This document shows positions 1-10,398 of a DNA stretch of 64,000 bases, one piece after another. The position numbers were made by a program, and so were the translations under genes. The DNA lies in contig NIVC01001187.1 of NCBI GenBank assembly GCA_002269645.1, forward strand, positions 310,001-374,000. Reading direction: 5' to 3'. How positions within the stretch are numbered: the first letter of the stretch is position 1; each line of letters begins with the position of its first letter. Under the pieces are notes generated by a model that saw only the letters and a list, made by a program, of their open reading frames with translations, did not search any database and had not been told where the DNA came from. Origin of the DNA: Macrostomum lignano (lineage: Eukaryota).

Positions 1-1760
1 AGGTCAATTAGCTCTGATTATAGTGGGTCAAGCTTTGATTATAGTAGGTCAATTAGCTCTGATTATAGTGGGTCAAGCTTTTATTATAGTCAAGCTGTAG
101 TCAAGCTGTGATTATAGTAGGTCAATTAGCTCTGATTATAGTGGGTCAAGCTTTGATTATAGTAGGTCAATTAGCTCTGATTATAGTGGGTCAAGCTTTG
201 ATTATAGTAGGTCAATTAGCTCCGATTATAGTGGGTCAAGCTTCTGATTATAGTGGGTCAAGCTGTGATTAAAGTGGGTCAATTAGCTCAGATTAAAGTA
301 GGTCAAGCTCTGATAATAGTGAGTCAAGCTCTGATTATAGTGGGTCAATCTCTGATTATAGTGGGTCAAGCTTTGATTATAGTGGGTCACGCTTTGATTA
401 TAGTGGGTCAATCTCTGATTATAGTGGGTCAAGTTCTGATTACAGTGGGTCAATCTCTGATTATAGTGGGTCAAGTTCTGATTACAGTGGGTCAATCTCT
501 TATTATAGTGGGTCAAGCTTTGATTATAATGGGTCACGTTTTGATTATAGTGGGTCAGTCTCTGATTATAGTGGGTCAAGCTTTGATTATAGTGGGTCAC
601 GCTTTGATTATAGTGGGTCACGCTTTGATTTTAGTGGGTCAAGCTGTGATTATAGTGGGTCAAGCTCCGATTATAGTGGGTCAATCTCTGATTATAGTGG
701 GTCAAGCTTTGATTATAGTGGGTCACGCTTTGATTATAGTAGGTCAAGCTTTGGTTATAGTAGGTCAAGCTTTGGTTATAGTGGGTCACGCTTTGATTAT
801 AGTGGGTCACGATTTGATTATAGTGGGTCAAACTGTGATTATAGTGGGTCAAGCTGTGATTATAGTGGGTCAAGCTGTGATTATAGTGGGTCAAGCTCTG
901 ATTATAGTGTGTCAAGCGCTTATTATAGTGGGTCAAGCTTTGATTATAGTGGGTCAAGTTTTTATTATAGTGGGTCACGCTTTGATTATAGTGGGTCACG
1001 ATTTGATTATAGTGGGTCAAACTGTGATTATAGTGGGTCAAGCTGTGATTATAGTGGGTCAAGCTGTGATTATAGTGGGTCAAGCTCTGATTATAGTGTG
1101 TCAAGCGCTTATTATAGTGGGTCAAGCTTTGATTATAGTGGGTCAAGTTTTTATTATAGTGGGTCACGCTTTGATTATAGTAGTTCAAGCTTTGATTATA
1201 GTGGGTCACGCTTTGATTATAGTGGGTCAAGCTGTGATTATTGTGGGTCAAGCTTTGATTATAGTGGGTCAATCTCTTATTATAGTGGGTCAAGCTTTGA
1301 TTATAATGGGTCACGTTTTGATTATAGTGGGTCAGTCTCTGATTATAGTGGGTCAAGCTTTGATTATAGTGGGTCACGCTTTGATTATAGTGGGTCACGC
1401 TTTGATTTTAGTGGGTCAAGCTGTGATTATAGTGGGTCAAGCTCCGATTATAGTGGTTCAAGTTCTGATATAGTGCGTCAAGCTCTGATTATGGTGGATC
1501 AAGATTCTGATTATAGTGGGTCAAGCTCTGATTATAGTGGGTCAAGCTGATTACAGCGGGTCAAGATCGAATAACAGTGGGTCAAGTCCTTATCTCAGTG
1601 GGTCAGGCTCTAATCACTGTGGGTCAAGCCCGAATAAGTGGGTCAGGTCCTTATCTCAGTAGGTCAAGTCCTTATCTCAGTGGGTCAAGATCGAATAACA
1701 GTGGGTCAAGTCCTTATCTCAGTGGGTCAGGCTCTAATCACAGGGGCTCAAGCTTAAGAA
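1..1760. repeat. 21-bp minisatellite array (unit GATTATAGTGGGTCAAGCTTT), with diverged units from about 1550 to 1760; lies in OPA1 intron 1
   Basis: More than 70 tandem 21-bp units; it runs off the window start. The ORFs at 253-1550 are translations of the repeat. Confidence 0.95.
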
Positions 1761-1802
1761 CTCAATAGATTATTTAAAAAACCAATTCATGAGCTCCCTA
1801 AC

Positions 1803-2221
1803 CGTCTCGGGAAGCTGAGCGAACCGACTAAGGCGTTGCAACGCGTGCGCCACCGCGTCGACGGACTCCTCAGCCGGCAGGAAGCCGCGCAGCCGGCCCA
1901 GATCCGGCATGCCGGCCTTGATCTCCTCGTATTTGTTCGCCGCCGCGATGCCCCGCTGGCGGTGCCGGCGGCCAACAGCCAGCGCAGCTTCAGCAGGCGG
2001 GCGGCGGTGCGGGCGGCCAGCCGCAGGGCGGAGGAGCCGGCCAGGCCGCGCTGTCCCGGCTGCCTTAGCACTGCCGGCTGCTTCGGCTGACACAGCGGCC
2101 GCCTGTTGCCATGGTGATGATGATGAAGAAGTCGGCATCTCGAAGATGCTGGAAGCGCGAGAGGCACAGTAGGCGAGTGCAGAAGCCAACGGCGAAGGAG
2201 ACGGCGAGCTGCCGGACTCAT
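1803..2221 (-). CDS. OPA1: First coding exon of OPA1-like mitochondrial dynamin GTPase (5' part only; one -1 frameshift at the C-run 1951-1954)
   Basis: Arg/Leu-rich presequence MSPAARRLLRRWLL, then AARTAARLLKLRWLLAAGTASG|GIAAANKYEEIKAGMPDL. This matches the OPA1 N-terminal motif [38 protein letters not shown] as I recall it. Adding one G joins the frames of ORFs 1787-2221 and 1770-2300. Donor GTTAGG at 1802. Confidence 0.8.
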
Positions 2222-2311
2222 GGCATTGGGATTTCAGGCAGGATGGGGAAGAGAAAATGCGCCACTGTCTCATCTGCCTGCTTATAAGTAGTGGAAGCAA
2301 AACGCTTTTCT

Positions 2312-3088
2312 GATCCCTAATGGGATTCCTATGGCATGGTTGCCACCTGTCACTACTAGATCCCCTAAAGGGATTCTAATGGCATGGTTGCCACCTGTCA
2401 CTACTAGATCCCCTAATGGGATCCTAATGGCATGGTTGCCACCTGTCACTACTAGATCCCCTAATGGGATTCTAACGGCATGGTTGCCACCTGTCACTAC
2501 TAGATCCCCTAATGGGATTCTAATGGCATGGTTGCCACCTGTCCCTATTCGATCCCCTAATGAGATTCTAATGTCATGGTTGCGACCTGTCCCTATTCGA
2601 TCCCCTAATGGGATTCTAATGGCATGGTTGCCACCTGTCACTATTAGATCCCCTAATGGGATCCTAATGACATGGTTGCCACCTGTCACTATTAGATCCC
2701 CTAATGTGATTCTAATGTCATGGTTGCGACCTGTCCCTATTCGATCCCCTAATGGGATTCTAATGGCATGGTTGCCACCTGTCACTATTAGATCCCCTAA
2801 TGGGATCCTAATGGCATGGTTGCCACATGTCACTATTCGATCCCCTAATGGGATCCTAATGGCATGGTTGCCACCTGTCACTATTCAATCCCCTAATAAG
2901 ACTCTAATGGCATGGTTGCCACCTGTCACTATTAGATCCCCTAATGGGATCCTAATGGCATGGTTGCCACATGTCACTATTCGATCCCCTAATGGGATCC
3001 TAATGGCATGGTTGCCACCTGTCACTATTAGATCCCCTAATGGAATCCTAATGACATGGTTGCCACCTGTCACTATTCGATCCCCTAA
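2312..3088 (+). repeat. 48-bp minisatellite array A (GATCCCCTAATGGGATCCTAATGGCATGGTTGCCACCTGTCACTATTA), about 16 copies
   Basis: Clear tandem units; the 16-aa periodicity in ORF 2331-3125 gives a 48-bp unit. Confidence 0.95.
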
Positions 3089-3529
3089 CAAAAAGATTAA
3101 AAAGACAATAAAATCATTCTTATAATGTGCTGTGAGCAATAAATATATGATAGATTGTATTTTCAAAACATGAGCACAGTGAAATCAAGCTAATTGGCAA
3201 AATTACACACAGGTGCAAGAATCAATAATGCGGGCATTAATATCGCTTTTGAATATCCGATAGTCTGGCAATTATCAGCGCAAATATGAATCATAATAGA
3301 AAGTTTTTAACTAAAAAATCGAAAAAATGACTCGTATAATGAAGTAAAAATGTTAAAACTACTTCTAAGTAGCATCGCAAGTATGCATGAAAACGTATGA
3401 AAGAATATAATGCACAAACCAAAAGCGCAGATTTATGATCCACAACAATGCCAGATATGCGCGCAAACAGATACTGATAGTGAAAAGCGAATACCTCAGA
3501 CAAGTATTCTGTATTCTAACCACCGAAGC

Positions 3530-3999
3530 ATCAGACTGAGTATCTCATTCAAAAGATACAGGTCTCATTAGAGTATTACAAAAAGGACACCAGTCTCACC
3601 AGAGTATCTCACCCAAAAGACACCAGTCTCCCCTGAGTATTTCACTTAGGAGACACCAGTCTCCCCTGAGTATTTCACTTAGGAGATGCCAGTTTCCCCA
3701 GAGTATCTTATCCAAGAAACACCTGGCTCATTCCAGTATCCCACATAATATACACCAGTCTCACCAGAGTATCTCACTTAAGACACCGGCATCACCAGAG
3801 TATCTCATTTAAGAGACACCAGTCTCCCCCTGAGTATCTCACCAAGAGACATCAGTCTCACCGGAGTATCTCACCCAGGAGACACCAGTCTCCCTCGAGT
3901 ATCTCACTACTCAAGAAATGCCAGTCTCACCAGAGTATCTCACCCAAGTGATGCCACCGAGTATCTCACTTAAGAGACACGAGTCTCACCAGAGTATCA
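3530..3999. repeat. Degenerate ~33-bp minisatellite (GACACCAGTCTCACCAGAGTATCTCACCCAAGA), about 13 copies
   Basis: Recurring GACACCAGTCTC and GAGTATCTCAC motifs at ~33-bp spacing. Confidence 0.85.
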
Positions 4000-4104
4000 A
4001 ATTAACAAAATAGCAATCTGCCCATTCATTGGCATTTTATGGGTGAAAAGACCATAAATTTTGAGTTCATCTATAAGAGCTGGGCAGGCGGTGTCATCGC
4101 GCAT

Positions 4105-5557
4105 TTAGCTGCTGCAGTCCTCGGCGGAGTCGGAAGGCCTGCTGAGCTGGCCAATGACCTCCCGCAGCATCTGGTTGCACAGGGCCGCATACGGGTTCAT
4201 CTCCACCAGCATCTGCTTGGCGAACGGCCCGCCCAGTCTAGCGGCGGCTTCGAAATCCTGCCTGGCCTCGTCGTCGCGACCTTCGGCCCGGTGGATCACG
4301 CCGCGCTGCGTCAGCGCCTGGCAGGCCACCCGGCCGGAGCCGCGCGACAGGCGCAGCGCAGATTCCAAGTCGTCCAGGGCGCCGCGCCGGTCGCCGCGCA
4401 GCTGCAGAGCCTGGGCGCGGTTGTTGTAGCAGGAGGCGCGGTGCGGCGTCAGCGACACGCAGCGGTTCAGAGAGTCCAGCCCGCCAGACAGGTCGCCACG
4501 CTCGATGGCGTGGATCGCCTCCACCTCCAGCTTCTGCGACGGATTTGAAAGTATTGGATGAACTCTTATAGCACTAGCGCTGACTGCTACTTCAAGTAGG
4601 CTGGTTGGAAAGTTGTGAAAAACTCGACTAGGTACTTTTTATGTGGGATCGAATAGGGACAGGTGGCAACCATGCCATTAGAATCACATTAGGGGATCGA
4701 ATAGGGACAGGTGGCAACCATGCCATTAGAATCACATTAGGGGATCGAATAGGGACAGGTGGCAACCATGCCATTAGAATCAAATTAAGAGGATCGAATA
4801 GGGACAGGTGGCAACCATGCCAGTAGAATTACATTAGGGGATCGAATAGGGACAAGTGGCAACCATGCCATTAGAATCACATTAGGGGATCGAATAGGGA
4901 CAGGTGGCAACCATGCCATTAGAATCACATTAGGGGATCGAATAGGGACAGGTGGCAACCATGCCATTAGAATCACATTAGGGGATCGAATAGGGACAGG
5001 TGGCAACCATGCTATTTTGAATCACAGGGTATCGAATAGAGACAGGTGGCAACCATGCCATTAGAATCACATTAGGGGATCGGATAGGGACAGGTGGCAA
5101 CCATGCCATTAGAATCACATTAGGGGATCGAATAGGGACAGGTGGCAACCATGCCATTAGAATCACATTAGGGGATCGAATAGGGACAGGTGGCAACCAT
5201 GCCATTAGAATCACATTAGGGGATCGGATAGGGACAGGTGGCAACCATGCCATTAGAATCACATTAGGGGATCGGATAGGGACAGGTGGCAACCATGCCA
5301 TTAGAATCACATTAGGGGATCGAATAGGGACAGGTGGCAACCATGCCATTAGAATCCCATTAGGGGATCGAATAGGGACAGGCGGCAACAATCACCTTAG
5401 ACTCGGAAAGCCGGTCCCGCTCCTCCTCTGTCATGTCCGCAATCTCCAGCTCCGTGTCCGAGAGGGGCTGCCCAGCCGCAGCCTCGGACTGCTCGTAGGG
5501 CATCTCGGGATTAAATATCCGGTTCAGCACCTGCTGGTCGCTGTTGCTTAGAGACAT
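4105..5557 (-). CDS. TTC36: Tetratricopeptide repeat protein 36; exons 5557-5396 and 4533-4105 (196 aa)
   Basis: Exon 1 contains DQQVLNRIFNPEMP (human DQAVLQAIFNPDTP). Exon 2 contains RASCYNNRAQA, GRDDEARQDFEAAARLG and NPYAALCNQML, diagnostic for TTC36. The GT-AG intron 5395-4534 is phase 0 and the frames join cleanly (SESK|KLEVEAI). Confidence 0.95.
4645..5388 (-). repeat. 48-bp minisatellite array B, reverse complement of array A, about 15 copies, filling the TTC36 intron
   Basis: Unit GATCGAATAGGGACAGGTGGCAACCATGCCATTAGAATCACATTAGGG is the reverse complement of the array A unit; both give the same MAWLPPV..RSPN peptide on opposite strands. Confidence 0.95.
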
Positions 5558-5617
5558 TTTTATGACTTCAGTGTTTCCAGCTGAAAAACAGAATGAGCAG
5601 TCGTTGACAGTAGCTCA

Positions 5618-6198
5618 AGCACTTGGCTACCTGAGCAGCAATTACTGAATTGAGCACTTGGCTACCTGAGCAGCAATGACTGAATTGAGCACTTGGCTAC
5701 CTGAGCAGCAATTACTGAATTGAGCACTTGGCTACCTGAGCAGCAATTACTGAATTGAGCAATTGGCTACCTGAGCAGCAATTACTGAATTGAGCACTTG
5801 GCTACCTGAGCAGCAATGACTGAATTGAGCACTTGGCTACCTGAGCAGCAATGACTGAATTGAGCACTTGGCTACCTGAGCAGCAATTACTGAATTGAGC
5901 AATTGGCTACCTGAGCAGCAATTACTGAATTGAGCACTTGGCTACCTGAGCAGCAATTACTGAATTGAGCACTTGGCTACCTGAGCAGCAATGACTGAAT
6001 TGAGCACTTGGCTACCTGAGCAGCAATTACTGAATTGAGCACTTGGCTACCTGAGCAGCAATGACTGAATTGAGCACTTGGCTACCTGAGCAGCAATTAC
6101 TGAATTGAGCACTTGGCTACCTGAGCAGCAATTACTGAATTGAGCACTTGGTTACCTGAGCAGCAATTACTGAATTGAGCACTTGGCTACCTGAGCAG
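5618..6198. repeat. 35-bp minisatellite (GAGCACTTGGCTACCTGAGCAGCAATTACTGAATT), about 16.5 near-identical copies, between NDUFAF8 and TTC36
   Basis: Highly homogeneous tandem units. Confidence 0.95.
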
Positions 6199-6361
6199 TT
6201 ACATTCACACCTGACAGATCCAGCACACAAGGAATAAAAAGACTATGAAATAATGAGAAAACAGCATTAAATAGCCTTTATGTCAACGTGTATTTACAGG
6301 CTACTGTTTTTCGTATAAAGAATATTTCGGTTTCAGATCGAAGCACTAAGGACTACTTGAA

Positions 6362-6592
6362 CTACTTTTTAGCCTTATCAGCCATGCAGCTCTTGAGCAG
6401 GGCGAACTCAGCTGAGCAGACGCCGGGCCGACCGCCGGCGGCCGACGCTGATTCCTCCTGGCGCTGCACAACGCAGGCGGCGTAGGCGCGGGCCTCCGGG
6501 GTGCAGCGCAACAGCGCGGCGGACATGGCGCGGAGACGGGCGCCAGCCGACTCAATGGAGGCTTTGGCTGACGCGGTGGAACTGCCCGGCGG
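6362..6592 (-). CDS. NDUFAF8: NDUFAF8-like (C17orf89) twin CX9C complex I assembly factor; start codon not encoded locally
   Basis: ARLRAMSAALLRCTPEARAYAACV...GVCSAEFALLKSCMADKAKK has two CX9C motifs and resembles human RLRAFPERLAACGAEAAAYGRCV...CAREFEALRSCFAAAAKK. The exon starts in frame after acceptor TTTCCAG at 6593. Confidence 0.85.
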   Translation of the reverse strand, partial: PPGSSTASAKASIESAGARLRAMSAALLRCTPEARAYAACVVQRQEESASAAGGRPGVCSAEFALLKSCMADKAKK

Positions 6593-7924
6593 CTGGAAAT
6601 GGCGATGCAGAACAGCTGTAAACCATACGGAAAATATCGAAAGGGCACTCCAGCTTGAGCACAAGAGCACGAATTTGAGGCCAGGTACGGGTGCCTATGG
6701 CAATAGTTTTCGAGCTGGTTTAAAATAACTTACACCACTTTATTCTATTTCAGTTTGTGTAATAAACCGTTTAAATCAACTATGTCTTAATAAAAGTTTG
6801 TAAAAAATTAAATTTGTCTGTCTGTGTCCTGGGCTTATCTCATACAGTGTTAGATATCTACATAATTTGTAGTGTTCAATCAAAGCTACATATATGGATA
6901 TGGGAAGTTACAGATACAGTGTGTTTTCAGCCAAAGATATGGTTACAGAAACTGATTTCCCGCATCTGAGTTCCCATATATTGAAATTTTATAATTGGCA
7001 TGGCAATAAACCTCAACATGGTGAAGACACTGGCAGTCTAGGATGAGGTGAGATCCCAATGAATATATGTCAAAGGCACATGCGTCTGCCATAGTCCTGG
7101 CTAGTTATGAAAAGTTATGCGAATATGGTAAAAATGTCTAAAATGACAATCAATTATATAGATATAAATTTTAAAGAAAGATAAACTGCGGTCAATAGGC
7201 AGTGGTAGCAGTGGCAGCAAGGCAACAGTGCACTTATGAAATACAACATGATATATGTCTTCAGCCTTCTTATTCTACAAAACATACAATCTGGAAAATG
7301 ACTACATATGGTAAGTAGGCTAAAAACTATAGTTGGTAAATTTAGTATTTAGTAAAACCTGCTAACTCTGCAAGCTGACCAGCTCACATGTGAATATGCA
7401 CAATCTGTTTCTCTCATGTGACTATTCATTTTTGTTTTAAGGGTTTGGTGCCAAATTTTGTACTTTTGAAAGTCAATTTTTGTGGTAAAAGACACACAGG
7501 CATGACACACTTTTAGGGCAAAATTCAAAATTTAATTTTTAGCTTGGTGCACTTTTAGGGCTAAGTTTTTGGAAAGTTCCCCCCTTGACAAATGGCTTAT
7601 TCCAGATAAGATAGACATATTTGGAAAATAGAAAAAAGTCAATATTTTTGCTTGCTATTGCCTTATCAGCCATTTTTTTGCCAAACGTTTTTATGTGTAA
7701 TATATACAATCTAAGAATAAATGAATGGTAAAATGTTGGATTAGTATGTTATCAATTGGCAAAAAGTCGTTTTTTTGTAAAAATTTGGACATTTTTCTAA
7801 GCAAAAGACATCATTAAGTCTATATACCTTTTAAAAACAAATAGAAAGTTGAAAGTTGAAACAAACTATAGATAAAATTATAGTACTTGCATCATCCGAT
7901 AAAAACATTAGTGACCATATAATT

Positions 7925-8190
7925 CATACATGCGCAACTGCTGGCCGACCTGGCCGATCTGGCCACCGTAAATTGTGGTGGACCAGGGGTAAGTTGCAAA
8001 AATGCCCAACCTAAAGAATACAGATGGAGTACTAATTAGATGACGAGGCATTTAGCCCTAAAAAGACAGTCATAGTTACTCCTGCCGTTTACCCAAAATT
8101 GCGTTAAGGTTTCTTTTACAGGTAAGTCGCATTTTTGGTCGAAAAGTAAGTCGCATGGCCAGTGTAAATCAGGCGGGTTGCGCATGTATG
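7925..8190. mobile_element. 266-bp hAT-type MITE of the same family as the 51502-57851 element
   Basis: Perfect 14-bp TIRs CATACATGCGCAAC / GTTGCGCATGTATG; perfect 8-bp TSD ATATAATT (7917-7924, 8191-8198); internal TAAGTCGCA motifs. Confidence 0.95.
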
Positions 8191-8954
8191 ATATAATTGA
8201 TTATATTTTTAATATATTGGTACCTTAAAGTTAGTGAACTGACAGAAAAAAAATGTTACAACTATAATGTTATGACCATAAGGCTGCCTTTTCTTTTGTA
8301 TCTTTGTTGCCTTTTGAGTTTATATATTCTAATAAAAGAGTATAATTTCTGAATATTTTTTAGTCAATTTTTAAAAAATGTATTACAAAATATCAAAAAT
8401 GAAAAATGTTATAAGACTTTTTACCTTTTAGTTTCTATATGTGAAAAATCCTATTGTTATGACCATAAGTGCTATTCAAGGTTTAATAGCATTTAATAGA
8501 TATTTATATAAAACTATATAAACATATTCTTGACATAATAATCTTTTATTTAAAATACTGGTTTAGTATATTCTATTACTAGATTTCATTTTATAAGTAA
8601 AAATAGCCTCTCATGTGTTATGACTATAATTATATGGAATGGCCCTAATGCAAGCACACGAAATTCAAGAACAGGGGCTAACTTTTTGCTGCGCACCTTC
8701 TCAAACAAGAATCAAGTTGCCAGCCCTCCAGACCATTGAGATATTCAACAATTCTGCTAGAAGGTCAGATTTTTCTTATAAGTGCTAGTATATTCAGTAT
8801 ATCCCTATGTGCCAATCAGCACTGCACCTCAGTTTAGCTTTGCCAAGCCTCCAAATTTCATCAGCATGTCAACCATGTGTCTACATTGGCTCTGACTTTG
8901 TTGGTCACTAGCCTTCACCTAGGTAGAGTTTCTAGACATTTAACAGGTGGGCAC

Positions 8955-9635
8955 CAGGTGACTATGGATATCCTATTGCAAATTTTTGTAGTTTTGCTGA
9001 TCAAGCCTCAACAGTGAGCAAACCTTAACTACTAGACATTTTTAGATAGACTCTCAAGTACTTGGTTGTCATCCTGATACCCAGGGGCGTAGCCAGGAAT
9101 GTTCTATGGGGCTGGGGGGGGGTATACCAAGGTGAATTTTCTACGGGGGGATACACCAAGGTAAAAGTGCTATGGCAATCACATGGTAGCATGTATAGCA
9201 ACAAAGGGCTACAAAAAAGTTTTGGTCAGCCTCTTCATGGAAGATACATCCCTCCTATCTTCCCCTTCCTATGCCCTTACTGATACCATTTGCATCTTCA
9301 ATAGATGACCCTAGCTGACTATGGACACTCTATTGTAAATTTTTCTAGTTTTGCTGATCAAGCCTCAATAGTGAGCAAACCTCAACTGCTATTGCTAGAC
9401 ATTCTTAGCTAGAATCTCAAGCACTTAGTTGTCATCCTGATACTATTAGCATCTTAATAGATAACACTAGCTAACTATAGACACCCTATTGCAAATTTCT
9501 CTAGTTTTTCCAATCAAGCCTCAATAATGGGCAAGCCTAAACTGCTGAAAATCCTTAGCTAGACTCACAAGTACCCAGTTGTCATCCTGACGCCATTGGC
9601 ATCTTTAACAGATGATACCAAGTGACTATAGATAC
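8955..9635. repeat. Three diverged tandem copies of a ~155-bp unit, interrupted by a MITE
   Basis: Recurring blocks GACTATGGA..CCTATTGCAAATTT..GATCAAGCCTCAA..TTGTCATCCTGA at about 8960, 9320 and 9475. Confidence 0.8.
9082..9279. mobile_element. Old 198-bp hAT-like MITE
   Basis: 8-bp TSD CTGATACC (9074-9081, 9280-9287); degenerate TIRs CAGGGGCGTAGC / CCTATGCCCTTA; it splits a unit of the 155-bp repeat. Confidence 0.65.
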
Positions 9636-10098
9636 CTAAATGAGCTCCATTGCTCCATTCTGGTGCAGCAAAAAAATTGTCATTTGTCATTAAAATTTGA
9701 AACCCCCATAATAGACATAGTAGTTCTACTTCTACTATTAATTCTATCAAATTATAGGGCCTATCTATATTAAGTAATTTAGTAAATTCAAAACTTAATA
9801 CATTAAAGTTATAGCAATTGCTATAGTTGTCAATTAAAAAAATCTGCTTAGAAAGTATATATTTATTTATTACTTAGTGTATACTTTCTGGCTCTAAAAT
9901 GAGACCTATAGACTATAGAACTTTTTGCCTAATTAAATACACCTTAGTAGACAAGTTGTTTAAAGATGAGCTACTAATAAAGAAGGTTAAGAAGCTTACA
10001 TCTGTCCCATACAAAACCATATAGACCCTCATACAATGAAAATACTCAAAAAGAAATTTTTCTTTTGACAAATTTGGTCAATAAAAATTACCATAAAT

Positions 10099-10398
10099 CC
10101 CTATTGCAGCCAAGGTCTGAACCGCGCCGGACGCCCCCCTTTCCTGCGCCAGACATCTACCCGTACCGCGCCAGGGCCAGTCCCCAGGATCAGTGATTTG
10201 GTTCAATTAGTCAGTCCTCCCCTCCCGCACCCCTCTCCCATGCCCCGCGCCACGCCGCCGCCACACGCCACGCCACCGCGCGCCGCCGCCACGCGCCGCG
10301 CCGCCGCTGCGCGCCGCGCCGCCGCCGCGCGCTGCGCCGCCGCCAGGCCAATCCGCGCCGGACGCCGTCCACGAAAATGGCCATTGGCTGCAATAGGG
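10099..10398. mobile_element. 300-bp GC-rich MITE, superfamily unresolved
   Basis: Perfect 15-bp TIRs CCCTATTGCAGCCAA / TTGGCTGCAATAGGG; perfect 8-bp TSD CCATAAAT (10091-10098, 10399-10406); CCGCGCCGGACGCC near both ends. Confidence 0.9.

Noticed and set aside
253-1550. Long ORFs on both strands (IIVGQAL, THYNQSL, DYSGSS repeats)
   Set aside because: Translations of a 21-bp intronic minisatellite; open in several frames only because the unit length is a multiple of three.
1770-2300. 176-aa ORF as the complete OPA1 exon, or as DCC1
   Set aside because: The conserved RLLKLRW motif and the presequence are in the other frame; a one-base fix gives a much better OPA1 match than the weak DCC1 resemblance.
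2282-6198. Regular 35-48-bp repeats as CRISPR arrays, and their ORFs as genes
   Set aside because: Units are head-to-tail with no unique spacers, there are no cas genes, and the context is eukaryotic introns and spacers.
6810-7240. Possible Helitron/DINE-like non-autonomous element (GTCTGTCTGT start)
   Set aside because: No clear subterminal inverted repeat, hairpin plus CTAG end, or second copy in the window.
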